Made by a program: the position numbers and the translations under genes. This document shows positions 40,898 through 50,215 of a stretch of DNA of 64,000 bases, piece after piece; the stretch's first letter is position 1, and each line of letters begins with the position of its first letter. Source of the DNA: an uncultured Actinomycetes bacterium (GTDB lineage Bacteria > Actinomycetota > Thermoleophilia > UBA2241); contig CAVYCN010000003.1 of NCBI GenBank assembly GCA_963767005.1, positions 1 to 64,000 on the forward strand, written 5' to 3'. The notes under the pieces were generated by a model that was not told where the DNA came from, searched no databases, and was given only the letters and a program-made list of their open reading frames with translations.

Positions 40898-42190
40898 TCA
40901 GTCGGCGCCGGGAGAGACGCGGCTCCGCTCCTGCGTGAGCGGCAGGCAGTCGCTCACGAGCGCCTCCCCGGCAGCTGCGTCACGCGCGAGCGCGGCGCAG
41001 CTCGGCGCGCCGCACAGCCCACAGTCGAGGCCCGGCAGGGAGTGCAGCACGGCGTCGGCCTCTTTCAGGCGCCGCACGCGCTCCTTGAGGCCGCCCCCGT
41101 TGGCGACCTCCCGCGGCGCGAAGGGGTGCTGCAACGAGAAGTCCTCGCGTGGGTAGCGCCGCTTCACTTCGGCCTCGGTCTGTGGGTCGCTGTGCGGTAA
41201 GGCGGCCATCAGGGTCTGCAGCTTCGCTTGGGAGACATAGACGTTGTCCACCGTGAGGTTGCCGTTGGAGCAGCCCGCCCAGCAGGCGTAGCACTCCAGG
41301 AAATCGATGTCCCTGAGCTTGCCGCGCTCGACGTCGTCGAAGACCTGGATCACGTTGGGCAAGCCGGTGACCGGCATGTAATGGTGGCGTCGCAGGATGT
41401 GGGGAAAGACGCGCGGTGTCGCCCAGCGCAGCATGGCCGACGAGCGCACAGGGGGCGCCTGCGACGAGGTCGACTGCGCGTCCTCCGCGGCCCGCCGAGC
41501 CTCGGCAAGCACGGCGTTGTAGACCTGTGGGATGCCGAGCGTGCCGTCCAGGCTGCTGCAGCCACCGTCGGCGGGCTGCACGATCGAGATGGCACGTGCC
41601 TGACAGGGCGTCACGTAGACGGCAGCGATCTGTTCGGGGGACAGGCCGAGCTCCTGCGAGTAACGGCGCTTGACCTCGCGGCCGGCGAGCTCGCGTGGCG
41701 GCTGCATCTGCAGCAGTTGCTCGGCCATGCGCGGATAGGAGACCTGAATGAGCCGCACGATGACCGGACAGGTCATGTTGACTAGGGGACGGGGCCCCTG
41801 CCAGTGCGCGACGTAGTCGGCGATCGCCCGGGTCCCCAGGGCGAGATCGACGCCGTAGTCCCAGACGGCATCGAAGCCGGCCGCCAACAGGCCCGCGACG
41901 ACGTGCTCGGGGAGCACATCGCTTGGGAACTGGCCGAACAGGACAGGTGAGGGGATCGCCACCTTGAAGGCGTACTGAGCGAACTCCTCGAGACCCTGGG
42001 TGGCAGCCGTGATGGCGCCACGCGTGCAGGACTTCAGGCAGGAGCCGCAGTCGATGCACAGCTGCGCGCGCACGCTGGCCTTGCCGTGGCGCACACGGAT
42101 GGCCTCCGTCGGACAGGTCCGCATGCAGGCGAGACAGCCGTCGCAGAGCTGCTCGTGCAGGCGAAACCCGTGGGTGTACTCGATCATCAC
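40898..42190 (-). CDS. [FeFe]-hydrogenase large subunit C-terminal domain protein with 2x[4Fe-4S] and C-terminal FeS domain
   Basis: CDGCLACMRTCP, CIDCGSCLKSC, TCP, TPCQAR, ECYACWAGCSNG, LPGLDCGLCGAPSC. Confidence 0.85.
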   Translation of the reverse strand: MMIEYTHGFRLHEQLCDGCLACMRTCPTEAIRVRHGKASVRAQLCIDCGSCLKSCTRGAITAATQGLEEFAQYAFKVAIPSPVLFGQFPSDVLPEHVVAGLLAAGFDAVWDYGVDLALGTRAIADYVAHWQGPRPLVNMTCPVIVRLIQVSYPRMAEQLLQMQPPRELAGREVKRRYSQELGLSPEQIAAVYVTPCQARAISIVQPADGGCSSLDGTLGIPQVYNAVLAEARRAAEDAQSTSSQAPPVRSSAMLRWATPRVFPHILRRHHYMPVTGLPNVIQVFDDVERGKLRDIDFLECYACWAGCSNGNLTVDNVYVSQAKLQTLMAALPHSDPQTEAEVKRRYPREDFSLQHPFAPREVANGGGLKERVRRLKEADAVLHSLPGLDCGLCGAPSCAALARDAAAGEALVSDCLPLTQERSRVSPGAD

Positions 42191-42550
42191 GCGCCGTCCC
42201 AGATGATCCGCAGTGGCGGTTTCTCACTAGCCCAATAGGGCTTACTGCTCGTCTATGAATAGCACTTTCTGTTGCCCCAGGACAATGCGAGACGTGCCCT
42301 CGCCGGGCCCAGCGTGAGGTAGATGATGGCGGTGAGTCGATTGAAGGACCTGCGACCCCATCTCGTGAGCCGTGAAGGGCGAAACACGGGCGTGGATAGA
42401 TGGCCAGCTTCATCGACTCACAGGGCACCGGTCAGCAGACATGTGCGGCGTCTAATGCTCCTGCGCAGGGCGCTGGCGCCGACGTGGCGCCGCCGGCCCG
42501 CTTGGCGCACGTGCGATGAACCAAGCAACCCCAACCCTGTGACCCACGGC

Positions 42551-43906
42551 TCAGCCTGCGAGCTGCTGCTCGGTCACTCGGGCCTTCGCCCTGAGCAGCG
42601 GGTACAGACAGGCGCCGGCCAGGCCGCAGACGATCAGCAGGCCGTAGCTTGTATGGGCTCCGAGGCGATCGAGCAGCAGGCCGCCGAGCAGCGGCCCGAG
42701 GGCGCCCTGACCGGCGATGTAGATCAATGTCCAGCTGCCCATGTAGCGTCCCCGCAGCTCAAGCGGTGCCATCTGGGCGACGATGGCCGAGGTCAGCGGG
42801 CCAAAGAGCGCCTGGGCAACGGAGAGCGCGACGACCGGCGCCAGCAGGACCGCGCCGACCGGCACGAAGGCCACCAGACCGACGCCGAGTCCGAAGAGTG
42901 TGCTGGCCAGAGCCACCGCGAGCATCGGGTCAAGCCGCTTGGCGGCACGCACGGCGGGATACTGGCTGACCACGATGACCGCCGAGCTGAAGGAGAGCAG
43001 CAGGCCCCAGCTTGAGGGCCGCAGGTGCAGGACGGTGGTGAGCAGCAACGGGAAGCTCGAGTACAGCTGGCCAAAGACAAAGAGCGGCAGCAGCGAGATG
43101 CCACAGAAGGCCAGGAAACGCCTATCACGCAGGACGTGCCCGTAACCAGTTGCCCGGCGGGCGCCGCGGCGGCCTGTCCGGCGCCGCGGCAGAAGGCTTA
43201 AGGCGAGGCTGCCGAAGACCTCGAGGGCCTCCCCCGCCGAGGCCGCCCGCCGTCGTCTGACCGGCTTGCTCTCCTTGAGCACGGCCAGGGTGAAGCCCAG
43301 GTAGATGAGGCAACCCAGGCCAGCTGCCACGAACAGCTCGGGCAGGGTAACGCCGGACGCCAGCAGCAGCGCCGCGACCAGGGGGCCGACGATCTCGCCG
43401 GCGCCGATCATGAGGCGCACGAGGCTGTAGCCGTCGGGCCGCAGGCGGGGACGCACGAGGTCGGCGACCATCGCGTTGCTGGCCGTGAGAAACAACGGCC
43501 AGCCCAGGGCGCGGTCGCAGAACAGCAGGGCGCAGAGCAGCCAGAAACCGTGGGCGAAGGCCAGGCCGCTGTACATCAGCGTCTCCATGGCGGCGCAGGT
43601 GATCATCACGGCGCGGCGCCCGAAGCGGTCGCAGAGGCTGCCGGCCAGGGGCTGCAGGGGCAGACCGCCCAGGGCGGTCAGGCCCATGATGGCCCCCACC
43701 ACGGCGACCGAGACGCCGAGCCTGCCCTTCAGCAGGATCGCGGTGTAGGGGAAGGCCAGGCCGATGAAGGTGAGGTAGAAGAGCGTGCCGCCGACCAGCA
43801 GCCAGAACTGGCCGGGAAAGAGGCGCAGCTGACGGCGCAGGCGCTTGACCTGCCTTATGTCTGTGAGATGCAGCGCAGCCGCCTCTTCCTCCGAGCCTGG
43901 TGCCAT
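42551..43906 (-). CDS. MFS transporter
   Basis: GSLCDRFGRR motif A, APLELRGRYMG, two bundles of TM helices. Confidence 0.92.
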   Translation of the reverse strand: MAPGSEEEAAALHLTDIRQVKRLRRQLRLFPGQFWLLVGGTLFYLTFIGLAFPYTAILLKGRLGVSVAVVGAIMGLTALGGLPLQPLAGSLCDRFGRRAVMITCAAMETLMYSGLAFAHGFWLLCALLFCDRALGWPLFLTASNAMVADLVRPRLRPDGYSLVRLMIGAGEIVGPLVAALLLASGVTLPELFVAAGLGCLIYLGFTLAVLKESKPVRRRRAASAGEALEVFGSLALSLLPRRRTGRRGARRATGYGHVLRDRRFLAFCGISLLPLFVFGQLYSSFPLLLTTVLHLRPSSWGLLLSFSSAVIVVSQYPAVRAAKRLDPMLAVALASTLFGLGVGLVAFVPVGAVLLAPVVALSVAQALFGPLTSAIVAQMAPLELRGRYMGSWTLIYIAGQGALGPLLGGLLLDRLGAHTSYGLLIVCGLAGACLYPLLRAKARVTEQQLAG

Positions 43907-44334
43907 GGTAGCCGATGGGCAAGTGCGAGAAGCGGGCGGACTGGGGGACGGGCTGGCCCGAGAAGCGAGCTGGCGATGGCAGGATGGGAGAGGACGCTGT
44001 CATGCTCGGCAAGTGCCAGTTCGGGCTCTGCGTGGCAGTGGCCCGTCCTCGTCGTTGTCTATGTCCCACATGCCGGTGGCAACCAGCGCCGGTGACGTCT
44101 ACGCGAAAGAGGACTACCGCTGATTGATCGCACAGATAACCGCCGGACCTCTCCCCTCGCTGTTCCTCCTGCACAGGCGCCCGAGCGCCGCCATGTCGCC
44201 GACAGACGAGCGCACCACTGTGGTCGCCTGCGGCCGCTCGGCCGGTGCTTTGGGAGGCCCCTGCGGCGTTGAGGTGTCGTCCCCCAGAGCGAAGCTCACA
44301 GCGTCACGTACAGACGCGCGTCAAGGGGGACAGC

Positions 44335-45619
44335 ATGCGCGGTCACATCCGCAGGCGAGGCAAGGCCAGCTTCGAGTACATCGTCGATGTGGGCACAGCC
44401 CCGGCCCAGCGCTGCGCGAGTTGCAACAAGCGCTACTGGCTTGAGCGCCGGCCAAAGGACAACTGCCCGGCCTGCGGCGGCAAGCTGCGGGAGACCGAGG
44501 AGCGCCGGCGCGCCATCAAGGCCGGCTTTCACACACGCAAGGAGGCCCAGGCGGCGATGGCCAAGGTGATGGTCGCAGTCGAGGAGCGCAGTTACGTCGC
44601 GCCGAGCAGGCTGACGGTGCGCGAGTACCTCACCAAGGAGTGGCTGCCGGCAATCCGCGCGACAGTGAGACCGACGACCTACCGCTCCTACGAACAGCAC
44701 GTCAGCTTCCACATCGTGCCGCACATCGGCTCGCTGAAGCTGGAGAGGGTGACGGGCGCCGCCTTGAACGCGCTCTATGCCAAGCTCGCAGAGTCGGGCA
44801 AGTGTGACGGTGTGCGCGGCCTCTCGCCGCGCACGGTGCACCATGTCCATGTCTGCCTGCACCGCGCCTTTCGTGACGCCGTGCGCTGGGGTCGCCTTCC
44901 TCGTAACCCGGTCGATGCCGCCGACCCGCCCAAGGTGGCCGGCCCTGGATCTCGCGAGATGAAGACCTGGAGCGCCGCGCAGGTGCAGAGCCTTCCTTGA
45001 GGCCACCAAGGACGACCGCCTCCACCCGCTCTGGCGCTTGCTCTGCCTGACCGGCATGCGCCGCGGCGAGGCCCTCGGGGTGAAGTGGGACGATGTCGAT
45101 CTTGCGGCCGGCTGTCTTTGCGTACGGCGTTCACTCATCCCGCTGGGCGGTGAGGTGATCGTCTCTGAGCCCAAGACGGCGCGCGGGCGCCGTTCGATCG
45201 CCCTCGATCAAGAGACCATCGAGGTGCTCAAGGCGCAGGCGGCAAGGCAACTTGGCGAACAGGCGGGCGAGGGCCAGGCCTGGATCGACTCAGGCTACCT
45301 CTGCACCAAGGAGGACGGCAGCGCCTACCACCCCGAGGTCGTGAGCCGCTACTTCCGAGCCGCGGTCAAGGCCGCCGGGCTGCCTGCGATCAGCCCGCAT
45401 GTGCTAAGGCACACCCACGCCACCCTGGCGCTGCGCGCCGGTATCCACCCCAAGGTCATCTCGGAGCGTCTCGGACATGCGAACATCGCGATCACGCTGG
45501 ACACCTACTCGCACGCCATCCCGGCGATGCAGGAGGAAGCGGCAGTGAAGATCGCCGAGCTGATCTCAGGCGAGAGAGCTGAGCCGGCTGACGAAACGGC
45601 GACCACCTCCGCGGCCTGA
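44335..45619 (+). CDS. Tyrosine recombinase/integrase (frameshift near 44990)
   Basis: MRGHIRRRG arm domain, SAM-like domain, TGMRRGE, EPKT, HVLRH, LGHA, TYSH. Confidence 0.93.
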
Positions 45620-45774
45620 GGGGCACTCGCTTCGCGGTCGCCGCTCAGTACTTCGGCGGCCGTTCGCCCCGTGCGTTAGCTGGACCCGTCCTCCCGAACT
45701 TCGAGCCGCGCTCTTTGATGTAGTCGCCAAGTATGCTGTAGGGCGTACTCCAACCGGCCAAGGAGGCGAACGTC

Positions 45775-46134
45775 ATGTTGTTGCTGTGGCACTGGTTCAT
45801 GCACTACAGCGGAGCCGACAACGGCAAGTGGTATCCGTGGTGGAGCGGCCCCGGCAGTGACCTCGGCGAGCTGACGTTGATCGTTGCGACAGCCGCGTAC
45901 TTCCGGGCGCACAGCTGTCACGTGAAGGGCTGCTGGCGTCATGGACGTCATCCGTACCGTCACTACATGTTGTGCGCCAAGCATCACCCCGATGTGCCCT
46001 CGGCTGGCATCACGCACGAGCACATCCGCTCATTGAGGGTCGGCGAGAAAGCCGCTGAGTGTGGCGCGGAGGCTGCCGCCGGCTCGCGGGTCGGACACGT
46101 CGAGCAGATGCAAGAGACGATGTCGCGTCGATGA
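45775..46134 (+). CDS. Small membrane protein with Cys/His-rich tail
   Basis: AAGGAGG RBS; WWSGPGSDLGEL-TM-HSCHVKGCWRHGRH...CAKHHP. Confidence 0.65.
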   Translation: MLLLWHWFMHYSGADNGKWYPWWSGPGSDLGELTLIVATAAYFRAHSCHVKGCWRHGRHPYRHYMLCAKHHPDVPSAGITHEHIRSLRVGEKAAECGAEAAAGSRVGHVEQMQETMSRR

Positions 46135-46656
46135 GAGTGACCCGTTGACGCGGTGAACGACGAGGAACACGCCCTGTCGATGGCCGGTTCGCTGCCAGCC
46201 AGCAGGCCCGGGGGCAGCCCCCGCGCGATGTGCAGGAGACTGTCGCCTGAAAGGATGCGACGCAGGCGAAACGGGCCAATCTGCCCGTGATGCCCCCACA
46301 CACGACCTTCGGCAGCCACGCGACGCAGGCCCTGCACGCCGATACCCGCCCAAGATCGTCGGAGCGCTCGGACATCCCTCTGAGGCGACGTGCGAACCCA
46401 CTCGCTGTCCCGGCGCCGCGACCGTCAGGAACCGTCACCGGTTGTCATTTTGAGCCGCACAGTTCCGCCACCCTCGCCACTTTCCTCCGCTAATCGACCG
46501 CTTCCCGCCACTGGCCCCTATCGCATTCGTAGAGCCTGACCGTGAAATCGAGCGCAGAATTCGCAGAGGCGGGTCGCGGGTGACCTAAGGTCTAGCGCGC
46601 GCTCTGCGCTCAGCTCTTCGGCCCGAGCGCGAGCACGCACACGCGAGCACGCAGGT

Positions 46657-47135
46657 TGTCAAGGTTCACCACCTCTGTTCCACTTTGGCTCCAGCACCTC
46701 TGTTCCACCCGTAGCGTCGCAGTCTTCTTCTTGCGGTGAGCGCGTCCGTTCGGCGTTGAGAAGGCGCCGCGCTCCTTGCTCGGGTCGTGCCGCGCGGGCT
46801 GTGTGCGCAGAAGCACGTCTGCCTGCCAGATCTCGACCGTGTCGCCCTCAAGGCGCACCTCAACCTGCTTGCGGCGGTGAGTGGTCCCGACCCAGTAGTC
46901 GGTGCCGGCGAAGCTCACGTGGCCACGCGCCTGGACCAGGCGCCGCACCGAGGAGCCGGCCCCCAAGGTGAGGCGTGGACGCGCCTGGGGCAGCCGTTCG
47001 CGGGCGCGGCTCGTCCGGGCCGGGTGACGGCGGGCGAAGCTGGCGACGAGCACGCCACGGCAGCTGACCTGCACGAGTCCGCTCGCGCTGAACTCGACGG
47101 AGCGGCGCCGTGGTCACGCGTCGAGGGCGACTGAC
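46657..47135 (-). mobile_element. IS481-like transposase C-terminal remnant with terminal repeat array
   Basis: GHVSFAGTDYWVG...VEVRL...RHDPSKERGAFSTPNGR; end TGT at 46657; CACCTCTGTTCCAC at 46670 and 46695. Confidence 0.75.
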
Positions 47136-47149
47136 GAAGCTCATAGTCT

Positions 47150-47806
47150 TTGCTCCGTACGCGCAGTATCATCGATGCGGCGCAAGAGGAGGGTCAGTTG
47201 GGCTTGGGTTACAGCGGCCCCACGGTCAACTTCCCTGAAGATGTGCATCCCGAGAAGCCCGAGGGTCTTGCTCCTTGGCAGGCAGGCGAGGCGAGGCGCC
47301 GGGAACGCACGGCTCCCTCGGCGCGATTCGGGGACGTCCTCCTGCGAGTCGCCTTGGCGCTGCCGCTCGTCTACCTCGTCGACCACGTTCGAGGAATCTT
47401 CGGATTCGGCCCCTACTTCCTGTTCACGGGCGGTGACCCGTGGCAGTTCACCGTCGGCCTCAAGCTCCCTGCCGTCGGCCTTTCGTTCGGCTGCGTCCTT
47501 GTGCTCTCTGGCTGGCGCGCCCGCTGGCCCTGGCTCATCGTGGCTGCCAGCGCCCTGTGGTTGCCGTTCGGCACGAACTTGGTCGCCATGAATCGCCTCG
47601 CATATCCCTGGCCGCTGGGAAATCCAGTGTTCTTGCCCGGCGCGACGTTCGCTTACTGGGACACTGTGTTCAGCTTCACGGCCCTGTGGGTCTACGCACT
47701 TCTCCTTGCCCTCGCCATGCTGCTCGGCTCGGGGCCGCTCAGGCGCGGCGGCGCCGCGGTCGCTCCGCGTTCGCCGGCCCCTCCGAGTACATCGCAGCAG
47801 CCTTGA
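47150..47806 (+). CDS. Hypothetical membrane protein
   Basis: Open 218-aa frame with about four hydrophobic segments; start uncertain. Confidence 0.45.
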   Translation: MLRTRSIIDAAQEEGQLGLGYSGPTVNFPEDVHPEKPEGLAPWQAGEARRRERTAPSARFGDVLLRVALALPLVYLVDHVRGIFGFGPYFLFTGGDPWQFTVGLKLPAVGLSFGCVLVLSGWRARWPWLIVAASALWLPFGTNLVAMNRLAYPWPLGNPVFLPGATFAYWDTVFSFTALWVYALLLALAMLLGSGPLRRGGAAVAPRSPAPPSTSQQP

Positions 47807-47882
47807 CAAGCGATGGCCCTGACCCTGGCGCTGTTTCAGTCGCCTTTCACGAGCTCGTCCTCGCCGTGTCCTCGCCGTCGGA

Positions 47883-47902
47883 TGTCGGCGCGAATGTCGG
47901 CA
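47883..47902 (+). repeat. Two TGTCGGC repeats at 12-bp period (arm-type site candidate)
   Basis: TGTCGGCG 47883, TGTCGGCA 47895; matches 11097-11128. Confidence 0.6.
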
Positions 47903-47957
47903 TCGAGCGTTCAAAGGAGCCCGGACGAATCCGAGAAAGTGGCCGATTGCAGGAAAG

Positions 47958-48015
47958 TCTTCTGGAGGCGGCGACCGGAGTCGAACCGGTGATTAAGGTT
48001 TTGCAGTCAGTCTCG
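47958..48015 (-). repeat. att-like direct repeat containing tRNA-Cys(GCA) 3' half
   Basis: Minus strand ctGCAaaaccttaatcaccggttcgactccggtcgccgcctCCA; no D-arm or 5' acceptor strand. Confidence 0.9.
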
Positions 48016-48516
48016 GGGCAGGCGGCCGCAAGCCGTATTGTGCAGTATGGCGCAGCAGGGCACCCCCCTGCGGACCAGCCATTATGCTGATTTGCAGCAT
48101 CTTTGTGTCGCGCAGGCCACCAGAGCACTGCACAATACGAGCCCTTTTTGGCGCCGCAGAGTCGCCCGCATCCGCGATCTGGCAGCGAAGCGATACCAGA
48201 TGTCGGCGTTCTCGTCGGCGCAGCGCGCTCCAGCCCGCAACCTGTGCCCCGCCATGCGGCTTGCGGGGCTTAAAGGAGAAGCGCCCTTCGCGGCGAATAT
48301 TCATTGTCACCTAGGAATCCTCGCCACCCGCGCGAGAGAGAGAGGAGGTCACCAGGTGACCCGGGCGCTACCGCGCTCGGGTCGGCAAGCGAAGAGGAAG
48401 AGCGTCATGATCGAACACCGTAGAGGCCCGGCGGCCAGTGCCGCGACGGGCCTTTGTCCGTTCCGGGACCGCCTCCCAAGCGGCCCTCACCCCGCCCGTC
48501 AAGAAGGTGAACGATC

Positions 48517-49839
48517 ATGACCCCGCCCGCCGACACCAACCCCTGCCCGACCCCACCGACCGAGGCACAACCACCGAGACGCCGCCGGCCCGCCAAACCC
48601 GCCCCCGACGGCCTGCGACTGGACCCCGCCAACGCCAACCGCGGCACCGAGCGCGGCCGCGAGCTCGTCAAGGCCTCGCTTGCCGAGTGCGGCGCCGGTC
48701 GCTCGATCGTGGTCGACAGAAGCGGCACCACAATCGGCGGTGCCAAGACCCTCGAGGCGGCCCGTGCCCTGGGTCTGCCCGTCAAGATCGTCGAGAGCAC
48801 AGGCGATGAGCTGATCGCCATCCAGCGCACCGACTTAGACCTCGGCGCAGACGAGCGTGCCCGCAGACTGGCCTACCTCGACAACCGCGCCTCCGAACTC
48901 GGTCTGGAGTGGGACCGCGAGCAGCTTCTGCGCGACCTGAGCGCCGGCCTCGATCTTGCCGGCATCTTCACGCCGCTTGAGCTTGACGACCTGCTCGGCT
49001 CCCGGCCGCTCCTGGCCGACCCCGACGAGCTGCCCGAGATGCCCGAGCAGGTCGACGTAGGACGCGGCGACATCTATCGCTGCGGCGCCTCGCGCGTGAT
49101 GTGCGGCGATGCCACGAAGCCGGACGAGGTCGCCCACCTGCTGGACGGCGCCCGACCGCGCCTGCTCATCACCGACCCGCCCTACGGCGTCGGGCTCGAC
49201 ATGGAGTGGCGCGACCGCGCCGGCCTCAACCAGCTCGGGGCGGCGGAGAAGAGCTACATGAAGAAAAGGCGCGGCGGGCGTTCGATCTCAAACGACACGA
49301 TCGCCGACTGGTCGGCCGCCTTCGAGCTCGTGCCAAGCCTGCAGGTCGCCTACGTCTGGCACGCCACCGTCCACATGCGCGCGGTGGCAGACGGCCTGGA
49401 GCGCATCGGCTTTGCGCTGCGTCAGCAAATCATTTGGGTGAAGCCCTATGCGGTGATCAGCCGCTCCGCCTACAACTGGCGCCACGAACCCTGCTGGTAT
49501 GCGGTCAAGAAGGGCTCAACGGCACACTGGACCGGCGGCCGTAAGCAGGACACGGTCTGGGAGTGCGCCTCGCCCAAGCAGCTCATGGCCGCTGGCTCGG
49601 AGGAGCCACTGCCCCATCCGGCCCAGAAGCCCTGCGAATGCATGGCCCGCCCCGTACGCAACCACTCAGGCGATGTCTATGACCCCTTCCTCGGTTCCGG
49701 CACCACCTTGATCGCCGCAACTCAGGAGGGCCGCGCCTGTTACGGCATGGAGCTTGAGCCGCGCTACGTCGCCCTGGCCGTGCGCCGCTGGGAGCTCTAC
49801 AGCGGCAAGACGGCGCTGCGCGAGGCCCACCATGGCTAA
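48517..49839 (+). CDS. Phage-type DNA N6/N4 methyltransferase with ParB-like N-terminus
   Basis: DPANAN..GAGRSIVVD..DNR; TDPPY; HPAQKP; YDPFLGSGTT. Confidence 0.92.
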   Translation: MTPPADTNPCPTPPTEAQPPRRRRPAKPAPDGLRLDPANANRGTERGRELVKASLAECGAGRSIVVDRSGTTIGGAKTLEAARALGLPVKIVESTGDELIAIQRTDLDLGADERARRLAYLDNRASELGLEWDREQLLRDLSAGLDLAGIFTPLELDDLLGSRPLLADPDELPEMPEQVDVGRGDIYRCGASRVMCGDATKPDEVAHLLDGARPRLLITDPPYGVGLDMEWRDRAGLNQLGAAEKSYMKKRRGGRSISNDTIADWSAAFELVPSLQVAYVWHATVHMRAVADGLERIGFALRQQIIWVKPYAVISRSAYNWRHEPCWYAVKKGSTAHWTGGRKQDTVWECASPKQLMAAGSEEPLPHPAQKPCECMARPVRNHSGDVYDPFLGSGTTLIAATQEGRACYGMELEPRYVALAVRRWELYSGKTALREAHHG

Positions 49840-50215
49840 GGCAGGTAAGGCCGAGGTCGAACGCCGAGTCGATGAGCTCTACGAACTGGTCGTCAACCGC
49901 ATCAGCTACCGCCAGATCGTCACCTACTGCGAGGGCAAGTGGGGCATCGGTGAGCGCCAGGTCTCGGTCTATATCGCAAAGGTGCGGGCCCGCATGGCCG
50001 AGCGGGCCGCCGAGAACCAGACAACCGAGCTCGCCCGCGCCCTGGCAGGCTACGAGGCGATCTTCGCCCGTCAGATGGCGGCCGCTCACTACGCAGGGGC
50101 GCGCGAGACCCTGGACTCGATCGTGCGCCTGCGCGGCCTGGCGGCCCCCGAACAGCGCAGCTTCGAGGGTGTCATGAACGTCATCCAGCTGCCCCCGGGC
50201 AGCGAGCTACCATGA
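49832..50215 (+). CDS. Putative terminase small subunit
   Basis: HTH-like YRQIV...WGIGERQVSVYIA, RLRGLAAP; overlaps both the MTase stop and the TerL start (ATGA). Confidence 0.65.
   Translation: MAKAGKAEVERRVDELYELVVNRISYRQIVTYCEGKWGIGERQVSVYIAKVRARMAERAAENQTTELARALAGYEAIFARQMAAAHYAGARETLDSIVRLRGLAAPEQRSFEGVMNVIQLPPGSELP

Noticed and set aside
47963-48040. Complete tRNA-Cys gene (also at 10861)
   Set aside because: Only the anticodon loop to CCA is present; no D-arm or 5' acceptor strand can be folded, so these are att fragments.
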